DNA of 64,000 bases from a plasmid. The stretch lies in the sequence record NZ_CP118944.1, one strand, 5' to 3'. A program made the translations under genes and the position numbers. Under the pieces are notes generated by a model. It did not search any database, was not told where the DNA came from, and worked only from the letters and a program-made list of their open reading frames with translations. Positions 1-8,705 of the stretch are shown in pieces (within the stretch, counting starts at the first letter, position 1; each line of letters starts with the position of its first letter).

Positions 1-954
1 ATGTGGGGGCGCAGTCATTATGCTCATCCTGGAAAATGGCTTGGCACCGGCAACCGCTGTGGCCATCGTCCTGATGCACCTGCCTGGCACCACTTCAATG
101 AGCCAGAGACCAGGAAACCTTTGCCGCACTTTATCCAAACCTTGATCGACAAGGTGCGTGACTATTATGCCAAGCCCTCGCTCTTACCCACGCTGGCCAA
201 TCTGAGCGGCAAGATCAACAAGCTATCGGGCAAACCCCGCCAAAACAGATCAGAAGCTCGCGAAGCTGAAAGCCTGGTCATGCAGGCGATCCTCTCGCGC
301 ACCGATTTTGCCAGCCTGCGGGTCGGTACTCCGCTGCCTGACGGGCGCTTTATCCATCGTACCATGGTCGAGATCGCCACCATCGCGGGCATGGTAGAGG
401 ACGCGATTGATAAAGAGACCAAACAATTGGTCAAGAGACCAACACAGCGCTTCTGGCGGGCTATACGGCGCTTAAAGATTGGTGGGGCGATTGACATACA
501 CAAACAGTACGAAACGCTGGAGGATGGCACGATAAGGGCAAGGCCGGGGATTAAAACGGTCAATATGCACTTTCTCGTGGCGCTGGGGCGGATCAGCTAT
601 GAGAAGCTCAAGGCGTTCCGTACCCATTGCTCCAAGGCGCTGAAACTGGACTCTGACAGCCATAAGCAGCAGTTCCCTGACAGGCACGACCCCGAGATAG
701 CCAATCGCCGGTTGCGTGAGCAGCAGCGTGAAAAGGGCATCAAAACCAATCCCCCATCCTCTACTGACAAATCGTCGGTGATACACGACCGCGACAAGCG
801 CAAAGAGCTGCGGCGGCAATACAGCCAGGCACAGCTCGAGTTTGCGACCAATCTCTATGGCCAATACCCAGGGCGACCAGAAACCTGGTACAGCGAACAG
901 CTCAGGCGAGCGTTCCCCAGCCTGGACGACTGGATAGCCAGGAAGAACCGCTAA
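1..954 (+). CDS. repA: Plasmid replication initiator, IncFII-RepA-like (start uncertain; may be 5'-partial at the window edge)
   Basis: 317-aa ORF whose central region (…TMVEIATIAGMVEDAIDKETKQLVKRPTQRFWRAIRRLKIGGAIDIHKQYE…) and basic C-terminal tail follow the layout of IncFII RepA1 (…SITTLAIECGLATESAAGKLSITRATRALTFLSELGLITYQTEY…). An AT-rich non-coding stretch follows. Confidence 0.5.
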   Translation: MWGRSHYAHPGKWLGTGNRCGHRPDAPAWHHFNEPETRKPLPHFIQTLIDKVRDYYAKPSLLPTLANLSGKINKLSGKPRQNRSEAREAESLVMQAILSRTDFASLRVGTPLPDGRFIHRTMVEIATIAGMVEDAIDKETKQLVKRPTQRFWRAIRRLKIGGAIDIHKQYETLEDGTIRARPGIKTVNMHFLVALGRISYEKLKAFRTHCSKALKLDSDSHKQQFPDRHDPEIANRRLREQQREKGIKTNPPSSTDKSSVIHDRDKRKELRRQYSQAQLEFATNLYGQYPGRPETWYSEQLRRAFPSLDDWIARKNR

Positions 955-1079
955 CACCACCGACTAACCGGCCACGCTGGTGCCCACCCCTGCCTGCCGC
1001 AGGCCTTTCCCCCCCGTCCGCCCTGCTGACAGCCCGATTTTCCACTCCTGTTGTGAGTAACAGGCCATCACCTGCCCAA

Positions 1080-1230
1080 AACGCACCCTGTTACTGTGGA
1101 TGGTTTATGAATATGAAAATTTAAGTGATTTGATACAAAATTTAGGTCATGAGATTTTTTTTTAACTGTTCACTGTTAATATGCTTTAAGAAAATGGTTA
1201 GAGACTCTGTAATACCATCCCTCTCTACGT
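1080..1230. other. Putative replication origin region downstream of repA (near-consensus DnaA box TGTGGATGG, then an AT-rich run)
   Basis: ctgtggatgg at ~1089, followed by ~100 bp of >75% AT with a T10 run; position relative to repA matches IncFII-type ori. Inference only. Confidence 0.25.
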
Positions 1231-1677
1231 TCAGGATGTATAAAATGCCTGGCTATGCAGGGCGCAAGCGCCCGCCGCCAGATAAACATTACCCATAAAA
1301 TGCTTGACCTTGCAGGCCAGCAAAACACGCTGGCCGCCGGTCAGAATATAACCCCTTTTCGTGGGGACACGTCCCCACACCCCTCCCCTAACACACCAGC
1401 TTGCCACTGTCATGCCCCATAAAGGGGCCAATCAACTTCAGTGGAACGTCAAGCTACACAGGCCTTAAAGACGGTTTTGCAGGGAGGGGGGCAAGCTGGC
1501 ACCTTCAATATCAGTGTAATACCTCACATATCCCGCACAGGTGAACTACAAGGCTTTAAGAATAGCTAGATAAGCTCTATGATGGAGCTCGTTTATATTG
1601 CCTCACAGAAGCGCTATTAATAGCACTCTCGATGTTTTTTTCGTATTCATCCATGACCATAACCAGGAGTGTTGCCG

Positions 1678-2088
1678 GTGAATGACTTTCTGAAAGTGTT
1701 ATTGAATATCCGCAGCCTTCGTGCAGCTGTCCGTGATCTGCCGTTCGAGCAGTTGCAGGAAATTAAAGAAAAGTTTGATACCGTCGTCCAGGAGCAGCTA
1801 AAAGCTGCCGAAGCAGATCACGCGGCCAAGCTGGAGCATGAGAAGAAACTTGCTGAGTTCAGAGAACTATTGGCAATAGAAGGGCTCTCGCCGGAAGATC
1901 TACTCAGTGGCCGGGGGCTGACCGCCGGGGCCGATGCGGGGGCGAAAGCAAAGCGTGCGCCACGTCCGGCCAAGTACCGTTACCTGGTAGAGGGTGAAGC
2001 GCGTACCTGGACCGGTCAGGGCCGCATGCCTGCCCAAATCGCAGCTGCTATCGCAAGTGGCGAGTCGCTCGACGCATTTCTGATCTGA
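1678..2088 (+). CDS. hns: H-NS family nucleoid-associated protein (plasmid-borne)
   Basis: Aligns end to end with E. coli H-NS (MNDFLKVLLNIRSLRA… vs MSEALKILNNIRTLRA…; C-terminal …AKRAPRPAKYRYLVEGEARTWTGQGRMPAQIAAAIASGESLDAFLI vs …[31 protein letters not shown]…). GTG start at 1678 with AGGAG 8 nt upstream; the ORF track's TTG start at 1669 is less likely. Confidence 0.85.
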   Translation: MNDFLKVLLNIRSLRAAVRDLPFEQLQEIKEKFDTVVQEQLKAAEADHAAKLEHEKKLAEFRELLAIEGLSPEDLLSGRGLTAGADAGAKAKRAPRPAKYRYLVEGEARTWTGQGRMPAQIAAAIASGESLDAFLI

Positions 2089-2197
2089 TCCCCCAGGTCA
2101 ACTGCTGGGAGAACGTGACCAGGGGCGGCGGCGGTGGTCATTCCGCCCCTCGGCCGAGGTCGAACCGATGACCTCGCCTCACTGGCGGTGCCGTTTT

Positions 2198-2446
2198 TCA
2201 ATCCCGCATCCCCGATACATCGATTTCCACCCGCCGAAAACCGATATTCCTGGCCGTTTGCACGGCGGCATCGATAGTCTTGAATAACCGCCAGCCGCCA
2301 CGCTGGCGCTCAATGATGTCTGTCTCGCCCTGACGGCCAAATCTCACCAGGTGCAGATGATAGCCAGTACCCATTGGTGTACATGCGATCAAGGCTTTGG
2401 AAAACCCTCCCTGCTCGAATACCCACTTTGCTTTCAGCTCCTGCAT
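2198..2446 (-). CDS. Small conserved hypothetical protein, 82 aa; paralogue of 34595-34837
   Basis: Internal Met (MQELKAKWVFEQGGFSKALI…RNIGFRRVEIDVS) preceded by GAGGGA RBS. About 65% identical to the protein at 34595-34837; shared upstream motif ATAACGAACAATC. Confidence 0.55.
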   Translation of the reverse strand: MQELKAKWVFEQGGFSKALIACTPMGTGYHLHLVRFGRQGETDIIERQRGGWRLFKTIDAAVQTARNIGFRRVEIDVSGMRD

Positions 2447-2829
2447 ATTGTTCCCTCGATTGCTGCGGCGGCCACCGGGCCAGACAAGCATAGTATGCTG
2501 AACCATTAATCAAAAACAAATATTGATTGTTCGTTATCTGATTTTGATGATTAGAAGGGGAAGGGACAGAAAAAAGGCCACTACTGGGGAGCGGCCAAGA
2601 AGAGCAAGGTCGTTACCATGGGTAGCGGCAACGCAAGGTCATCATCTCTCACTGGGGGACTCATGACACCCCCTGTTTGCCGGTTTGGGAGGTCAACGGC
2701 TTACCGTACAGAACTGTTCCATTGGACTTCATATCCCGCTGAGCCCTGACACCCCATGATAGTGGGGCGAGGAATAACCCCTCACTATAGGAGAACGTAT
2801 CCCATCTCAACTATATCAAGGAGGCCAAC

Positions 2830-2946
2830 ATGCCCATCATTTTGTTCCATATCCTTCACGCTCTAGCCACTAACTCACCTAAGGCAAACTTGTGCTTCGC
2901 GGTGGCGGTGCTTTCCAGTGCTGTGTTGGTGAACTCGCTTCGTTGA
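2830..2946 (+). CDS. Possible 38-aa hydrophobic peptide (MPIILFHILHALATNSPKANLCFAVAVLSSAVLVNSLR)
   Basis: Strong RBS AAGGAGG 6 nt before ATG; sits in otherwise non-coding DNA between the small conserved ORF and IS630. Too short for the ORF track. Confidence 0.25.
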   Translation: MPIILFHILHALATNSPKANLCFAVAVLSSAVLVNSLR

Positions 2947-3282
2947 AGAGGGGGCCATTGGCCCCGTATTTACACAGTCTCGATGGTGCCTGATTTTCTT
3001 ATTTCTTCGTGGATTTACTAGGTTTTAGAGCTGGAGTGTTCCCTGGCGTATCTTTATTGTCACGGCGACGCTGATCAGGTTTTCCAGTTGATTTAGCTAT
3101 TGGTTTCGGGCCTGGTTTAAGAGCCATAGTAGTTATCCTTTAGTAGTGCGTTAGAGGACGTCCCTCTAAAGGGATGTATGGGCTTTAATTTAAAATATCA
3201 ATAGTAACTTCTGGATTGTTTTTCAAAATGTGCGCGAACAGCAACAAGCCAGTACACATAGTATGTCGCGGCTAGCTTACTA

Positions 3283-4440
3283 AATAACTGATCCCAATAG
3301 TGCTACACCTTCGCTGTGCCATAGCCATTCCCCGGGAAAGGAGACACGGTATCCATGAAGTGTTTCACTCGGGCCAGCAGGTTTGCCATCCCTCTGCATT
3401 GATGATTGCGCGTGATGGTTTCATGTAACTTGTGCCATAGCCGTTCTATGTGATTAACCCAAGGGCTGTAAACTGGCTGGAACACCAGGCAGAACTTGGG
3501 ATTCTTCTTCAACCATCGCTCGGTCTGTTTGCTTTTGTGAATGATGTAGTTATCGAGGATCAACGTGATGGTTTTGGCTCGTCGGTAGTGGTGGCGCAGC
3601 TTTTCCAGCATGGCAATAAACAGCGATGAGTTTTTCTTGATCCCGCTGACGTAAAGTACCCTTCCGTTGCCTGCGTGGAGAACGCCTGCCAGATAATGCT
3701 TGGCATTCTGCCCCGGTGTGACAACCCGCTTTTGCTGCGCTCTGAACATCCAGTCGGCTCCTAATTTGGGATTGAGGTCTATATCGACTTCATCCTCATA
3801 AAACACCGGATTATCGGCATCACAGCGGGCCAGCGCGGCGTCGATATTCGCCATTTTTTCCTGATAGGCTGGGTCTTTTATCCGCAAGGTCGGCACGGGC
3901 CTGCGCCAGACAATGCCCATACGAGGTAACCATCGGCGGAGCGTGGAGGCTGCCACATTGAGCCCTGTTAACCGATTGATTTTTATAGCCAATAGTTCAG
4001 TACACCAACGGCTGCGCTGATAACCAAAATCTTGCGGAGAAAACTGCATGAGCAGCACCAGTAGGGTGACAATCTTGGCGATAGGTAAGACTGGGGCACG
4101 GCCAGCCGGTAAGGCTTCTAGCGCATCTATGCCTTCATCTCGATACCACCGAAGCCAACGACCGATGGTCGAGCGCGCAGCGCCGGTAAGGTGATGAACA
4201 TCGGTGATCGTGCGTCCTTCATGTAACAGCAAGATGGCCATCAAGCGACGAGCATGTCCTTTATCACGGGTGGCATGGATGATTTTGTGAATGCGGCGCC
4301 GTTGTGGTCGTGGCAGAGGTGGTAGGATAGGCATCAACTCAGTCCTTTGGGTGTGGCTTGTTTTGTTTAGCGACTAATCAGATCGCACAAACTGGACTGA
4401 GTTCCCTTCCTCCGGTGATCTACTATTCGGAACAGCTATT
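3283..4440 (-). mobile_element. IS630-family insertion sequence, copy 1 (1158 bp, flanked by TA)
   Basis: Identical to 44490-45647. Imperfect ~27-bp terminal IRs (AATAGCTGTTCCGAATAGTAGATCACC / AATAACTGATCCCAATAGTGCTACACC) and TA dinucleotides at both ends. Confidence 0.85.
3303..4337 (-). CDS. IS630-family (Tc1/mariner-like) transposase, 344 aa
   Basis: Whole-ORF identity to 44593-45627; N-terminal HTH and C-terminal DDE-type region (…ILDNYIIHKS…) typical of IS630 transposases. Confidence 0.9.
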   Translation of the reverse strand: MMPILPPLPRPQRRRIHKIIHATRDKGHARRLMAILLLHEGRTITDVHHLTGAARSTIGRWLRWYRDEGIDALEALPAGRAPVLPIAKIVTLLVLLMQFSPQDFGYQRSRWCTELLAIKINRLTGLNVAASTLRRWLPRMGIVWRRPVPTLRIKDPAYQEKMANIDAALARCDADNPVFYEDEVDIDLNPKLGADWMFRAQQKRVVTPGQNAKHYLAGVLHAGNGRVLYVSGIKKNSSLFIAMLEKLRHHYRRAKTITLILDNYIIHKSKQTERWLKKNPKFCLVFQPVYSPWVNHIERLWHKLHETITRNHQCRGMANLLARVKHFMDTVSPFPGNGYGTAKV

Positions 4441-4475
4441 TAGTTGACCCTCACTTTGTCGTGTCTGGGGTCACT

Positions 4476-5817
4476 TCAGAAAACGGAATCTATGGTCACT
4501 CCCGTTTTTGCAACACCGATTTTGACGACAAGTTGGCTTGCTTGAATCTATCCGGCGTCTGAATGGGATTTTATTCCCGCGCCTCGATGAGTTCCGCGCC
4601 TGATGAACCTCCAGAAAATATACGGCTTCAATGAGCCTTTCCGTTTTACAGGTTCCTCAACAGGCCGGTGGGCCGTTAGTATCATCAATATCAGTATTCG
4701 CAAAACCAGATGAATGATTGTTTAAACTGGTGTATTTCTGCCTTTATGCTTCGTAAGTTTGCTGTCGCGCCGTCAGTGCCCAGGCTATTCTGGCCAGCTT
4801 GTTTGCCAGAGCACAGGTGACGACAAAGTTGCTTTTCCGACACAACAACTCCCTGACCCAGTCGGCCAACTTGCCAGACTGGTGTTCCAGTTTTTGTATG
4901 AATACCCTGGCACACTGAACCAACAAAGTTCGGATCTTTTTGTTGCCCCGCTTGCTAATCCCTAACAATGTCGTCCGACCTCCCGTGCTGTACTGTCGGG
5001 GTACCAGCCCTGTTGCCGCCGCAAAGTCACGGCTGCTGGCGTACTGCTTCCCGTCGCCAATCTCAGTTGAAATAGTACTGGCAGTCAGCGTTCCAACGCA
5101 GGGAATACTCAGCAAGCGCTGTCCAACCTCATCTTCGTCCAACTTTCGTTTCAACTGAGATTCCAGATCTTTAATCTGCTCAACAAGATAGTGATAATGC
5201 TGTTGTAATTTCAGCAGTAACTGGCTGAGATAAAGAGGCAAACTACTGTCCTCAAGAAGGGTACTCAGTCGACTAATAACGGCAGCACCTCGCGGAACGC
5301 TGATACCAAATTCCAGCAGAAAAGCATGCATCTGATTAGTTGTTTTCACCTTATCCTGAACCAGGGATTCACGGACACGATGCAGAGCTCGCATTGCCTG
5401 CTGAGATTCGGTTCTGGGCTGCACGAAACGCATAGATGGACGTGATGCTGCTTCACAGATAGCTTCAGCATCAACGAAGTCATTTTTGTTGCTTTTAACG
5501 AATGGGCGGACAAATTGCGGTGATATCAGCTTTGGAAAATGCCCTAACTCTTCCAGCTTGCGTGCCATAAAGTGAGAACCGCCACAGGCTTCCATCGCGA
5601 TGGTTGTTGCCGGGCATGTCGCCAGAAATTCGATTAGCTTTGGTCGGGTGAATTTTTTACGGTAAACGGCCTTCCCACGATGATCCTGACAATGAATATG
5701 GAAAGAGTTCTTACCCAGATCGATACCAATAAGCGCAATGTTTTCCATGATGGTTCTCCGAATGAAAGCCTGTCCTCAGCATAGTACTGGGAAGGAGGGA
5801 GTGACCATCTCATTAAA
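4476..5817 (-). mobile_element. IS110-family element of the IS5075/IS4321 type, copy 1, inserted in the left Tn21-type IR
   Basis: Identical to 16786-18128; no terminal IRs; ends ...CCGTTTTCTGA and TTTAATGAGATGG...; sits inside a 38-bp IR, which is the known target of IS4321/IS5075. Confidence 0.85.
4744..5748 (-). CDS. IS110-family transposase (IS5075/IS4321-like), 334 aa
   Basis: MENIALIGIDLGKNSFHIHCQD… DEDD-type N-terminal region and C-terminal Transposase_20-type region; identical copy at 16855-17859. Confidence 0.9.
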   Translation of the reverse strand: MENIALIGIDLGKNSFHIHCQDHRGKAVYRKKFTRPKLIEFLATCPATTIAMEACGGSHFMARKLEELGHFPKLISPQFVRPFVKSNKNDFVDAEAICEAASRPSMRFVQPRTESQQAMRALHRVRESLVQDKVKTTNQMHAFLLEFGISVPRGAAVISRLSTLLEDSSLPLYLSQLLLKLQQHYHYLVEQIKDLESQLKRKLDEDEVGQRLLSIPCVGTLTASTISTEIGDGKQYASSRDFAAATGLVPRQYSTGGRTTLLGISKRGNKKIRTLLVQCARVFIQKLEHQSGKLADWVRELLCRKSNFVVTCALANKLARIAWALTARQQTYEA

Positions 5818-6102
5818 AATCGTACGGTAAGCCGCCAGGCATGGCCTTACTTCTCGCAAACGATCGTTTTTGAAAGGTGGCAGTGATTTGCGAAAATCGT
5901 GTTTCCAGTCAATGACATCTGGTGACGGCAGTGATTGCATTGCCACACATGTGGCCGCCTTTTCAGGCGACAACAGGTCTTGTTGGCACATTCAGGGCAG
6001 ACAAAGCCGTGAGGAAAACGTCAAGTGAACAGCGAGTTTTCGCACTGAGCTTCAGTGCCATAGTCCTTGAGAGATACACTTAAATCAAGCATCCGTGCCA
6101 AG

Positions 6103-6245
6103 GTAGACTACCCGTTCCGGCTCATCAAACGTCAGTTTGGCTTTGTGAAGGCGTGGTACAAGGGGCTGCGGAAGAACGAAAACCAACTGGCGATGTTATT
6201 TACGCTAGCAAACCTGTTTCGAGTGGACCAGATGATACGGGCATG
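6103..6245 (+). pseudogene. C-terminal remnant of an IS5-family transposase
   Basis: Translates to …[34 protein letters not shown]…*, matching the conserved IS5-group C-terminus (…RRFGLTKVRYRGLAKN…LFALSNL). No upstream part of the gene. Confidence 0.5.
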
Positions 6246-6491
6246 AGATAGCTGTGCCAAAAATACGAAATAACACCCGAGAAATGAGAGTAATAGAGCA
6301 AAAAACCAGATTTTGGAGTAAATATATCCGAATTTTGAAGTAATTAAATTTTAAAATTCAGGCATATTACTCATGATGGCGGTGCGTTCCACTTGTTCGC
6401 TCCTCCCCTAACTTAAGCGCTGTTCTGCAGCCTTGGCTTCTTGGCGGAGTGGATAGGTCAACAGATTACACCGCGAGAACTAAGGAGATGT

Positions 6492-7607
6492 ATGAGCGTT
6501 GAGCAAACCGGATTTCGAGATATTTTCAACTTTGAACACCACCTCACCTCTGAGGGGAGTTTTTTCATTGGCCCCTACAGAATAACTGTCAGCAAGGAGC
6601 TCATTGGGGGGGACTTTGCTCGGTCAAAACGGCTCGTTTTTAGCGATACCTTCGTCAAGAAAACCGTGACAGAGGAACCTTCCTGCTCTGGCACTTGGAG
6701 CGTAACGGCTGTTGTTGCGGAGCATGAAGGGCTAGATCAAGCCTCCGTACTCTTGCCTGACAATCCATGGTTGAATGGAGCCTACGATCTATCGGTCATT
6801 CTTTCGCTTCTCAGCGGTCGCCATACGCAGGTTGGAAATGGTGCCAAGCCGCACCTGTTGGTGTCACCAGGGTATGCCATCACCAGTAAAAACTTCTTCC
6901 GTACCGACCCAGAGATCGACTGGGCACTGCTTCCTTTTTTGCGAAAGGCTGGAGCTGGAGAAGCGATGGAAGCTGTGCTTTTGGCAATGACGAATAGCAA
7001 TGGCGGCGTGAAAATTGCGATGGGATCGGCTGCGCTCGATGGGCTGAACACTCGCTGGTACAGTTCCTCGGGCTCCAATCGTTATACTAAGGAAGTAAAA
7101 GCGGCGGTCAAGGCTGCGGGCCAGGCATTTAAGGTGGATCTGGAAAAAGCGGGTGTGAATCAGGATCTGATTAATGACATCATGCCGCGTTTGTCAAACG
7201 TTGCTAATGAGTCAGCACTTGCCAAGCTCGCTGCCTTTTTGACGGCCGGTAGCATGTATCCGGAAAATCCAGATGAGGAAACGCTAAAGCGACTCAAATG
7301 GCTGAACATCCTTCGTAATTCAGTTGCGCACTCAGGCTCGATCAGATTGGACATCGCGGAATCTCCTGAGGCATCTTTACGGGTTGCGGGCGCTGTCGCA
7401 CTTCTGCTCCAAGATATCTGCCGGATTTACATTGCGAAGTACCTACTCAAGATTGAAGACCTGGGTGTTGATAAGGCGCAGCAGGCCGTTATGGACTTCT
7501 TCCTGTACGGGACATACAAAGGCCAAAATATCCTTACCGAGGACCACGAGACCTACCAACAACGGCTGATTGACCACTACGAAGAATTTGGCAATATCGA
7601 TCTTTAA
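6492..7607 (+). CDS. Hypothetical 371-aa cargo protein with a C-terminal HEPN-like Rx4H motif (…WLNILRNSVAHSGSI…)
   Basis: Long ORF; best start ATG 6492 with TAAGGAG just upstream (the track's TTG at 6441 is unlikely). Rx4H motif in a predicted helical C-terminal region; no other recognisable domain. Confidence 0.6.
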   Translation: MSVEQTGFRDIFNFEHHLTSEGSFFIGPYRITVSKELIGGDFARSKRLVFSDTFVKKTVTEEPSCSGTWSVTAVVAEHEGLDQASVLLPDNPWLNGAYDLSVILSLLSGRHTQVGNGAKPHLLVSPGYAITSKNFFRTDPEIDWALLPFLRKAGAGEAMEAVLLAMTNSNGGVKIAMGSAALDGLNTRWYSSSGSNRYTKEVKAAVKAAGQAFKVDLEKAGVNQDLINDIMPRLSNVANESALAKLAAFLTAGSMYPENPDEETLKRLKWLNILRNSVAHSGSIRLDIAESPEASLRVAGAVALLLQDICRIYIAKYLLKIEDLGVDKAQQAVMDFFLYGTYKGQNILTEDHETYQQRLIDHYEEFGNIDL

Positions 7608-7663
7608 CGACAGGCTTGATCGGCGAGTGCTTCATGCTCTCTAAAAAACTCAGGCCGCAGTCA

Positions 7664-7701
7664 GTGGGGATTGATGTCCAACGGAACGAAAACGTACGTT
7701 A
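7664..7701 (+). repeat. Solo 38-bp Tn3/Tn1000-type terminal inverted repeat
   Basis: GGGGATTGATGTCCAACGGAACGAAAACGTACGTTAGC resembles the Tn1000 IR GGGGTTTGAGGGCCAATGGAACGAAAACGTACGTTAAG and the IR at 51182. Confidence 0.6.
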
Positions 7702-7709
7702 GCGGCAAA

Positions 7710-7746
7710 TAGGGGTTGTACGCCGGAACCCCCGAAAATTTTGTCA
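7710..7746 (+). repeat. 38-bp Tn3-family IR of the GGGGTTGTAAGCCGGAA type, attached to a tnpA 3' remnant
   Basis: GGGGTTGTACGCCGGAACCCCCGAAAATTTTGTCACC; similar to the IRs at 8774, 27704, 31511-31549 and 31554-31591. Confidence 0.6.
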
Positions 7747-7893
7747 CCCGAGATCAAGCCCTGCCACGATGGCCTCTAGATCGATCACATGACCGTTGCT
7801 CTGGAAGGTATAATGACCGTTTAGCCGGATGTGTCTCCATGCGGCTAGCAAAATCTGCGTAATCAGCGCCAGGCCTTGGCATAGCCATCTCAT
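7747..7893 (-). pseudogene. 3'-terminal remnant of a Tn3-family tnpA (about 49 codons)
   Basis: Minus-strand translation …GLALITQILLAAWRHIRLNGHYTFQSNGHVIDLEAIVAGLDLG* parallels the end of the TnpA at 31323-31517 (…ISPTAWRHILMNGHYRFHSDGKMLDLDIIVAELDLG*); the stop abuts the IR at 7710-7746. Confidence 0.55.
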
Positions 7894-8022
7894 AGGATCA
7901 TGCTTAATGTGTCAGAAAATGCAGAAACAGCCCCTAGTCTGGCGCATTTCCATTGATCTGCCTGATGTCGAGAAAGGTGTACGTGACTTGACGGAAACTT
8001 CGGTGGTTCCGGCGTACAATCT

Positions 8023-8532
8023 CTACTTAAACCAAGCTCGCATCATATTTAACTTGCCAACCATAAAACCAACTGTAGTTGCAACCATCAATTTATATGG
8101 CTGACTCGGAATTAAGCTAACCGCCCCCAAAAAGACCCCTGCTACACCCAACCAAGTGCTTAATCTTACTGCCACTTGGGGGTGCGTGGTACATGCTTTG
8201 ATTCGTTTGTAAATGCACCATTTAGTAACAAAGATAATTTGAAGGTCATACTCGACTTGGGTCTCATGTATTCCGAGTTTTTCTCTATACCACGCATTCA
8301 TCAAAACCGTATTATGATTATCCAAAATGCTTGAATTTGTTTTTGATATGCTTTTGTTTTCATATGTTTTTTTAAAATTAACATCGATCGATAATGCTTC
8401 ACACACAATGGATCTACCATTATCATTATTTTTAATTTGAACAAGACTTCGATTTGAAACGTTGGAGTCTTTGATCCAGCACCAACCGGAGTTGATATCT
8501 TCAGCCAAAGAGGCTAAAACATAATATCTCAT
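8023..8532 (-). CDS. Hypothetical 169-aa protein in a low-GC islet: ~120-aa soluble N-terminal domain plus C-terminal hydrophobic segments (…VAVRLSTWLGVAGVFLGAVSLIPS…)
   Basis: Clear ORF in a ~33% GC segment contrasting with ~55-60% GC flanks; predicted 1-2 C-terminal TM helices; no recognisable family. Confidence 0.5.
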   Translation of the reverse strand: MRYYVLASLAEDINSGWCWIKDSNVSNRSLVQIKNNDNGRSIVCEALSIDVNFKKTYENKSISKTNSSILDNHNTVLMNAWYREKLGIHETQVEYDLQIIFVTKWCIYKRIKACTTHPQVAVRLSTWLGVAGVFLGAVSLIPSQPYKLMVATTVGFMVGKLNMMRAWFK

Positions 8533-8705
8533 AAATTCAACAACCTTACTTCTTATGATTCAATATCTTAATATTTAAGTGCTAGTGAGTTTAATTCTGA
8601 AGTGCAATGCTAAGTTGTTTCTCTTGATTTACTTGTATTGCCCGTTCCCTCGCTCAATAGGGGCGTAGCTTGCGCAAAGCCGCGCCGTTGCTGGGAATAA
8701 AATCC

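Noticed and set aside
165-960. Minus-strand ORFs (165-563, 472-960, 597-851) overlapping repA
   Set aside because: Antisense to a reading frame with recognisable RepA architecture; Arg/Ser/Leu-rich artefactual translations.
2117-2180. Possible tRNA fragment (GGTCGAACCGATGACC, resembling a T-arm) in the GC hairpin repeat
   Set aside because: No acceptor or anticodon arms can be built, and GGTTCGA(A/T)TCC is not conserved; treated as a repeat or terminator hairpin instead.
4441-4466. The 26 bp between IS630 copy 1 and the left Tn21-type IR as possibly the missing remainder of istB from IS21-B
   Set aside because: No frame encodes an IstB Walker-B-like continuation, and the 5-bp flanks of the two IRs do not match (TGTCT vs TACCT). 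A simple insertion of the transposon into istB is therefore not supported.
5776-5991. 71-aa minus-strand ORF spanning the inner part of the left Tn21-type IR and the IS5075 junction
   Set aside because: Reads across an IR/IS boundary, and no MerR or other known Tn21 mer-end gene matches; likely spurious.
7829-8104. 91-aa plus-strand ORF overlapping the 3' end of the 8023-8532 gene and the tnpA stub
   Set aside because: Crosses a GC/AT composition boundary and an IR-associated remnant; no RBS; likely a chance ORF.
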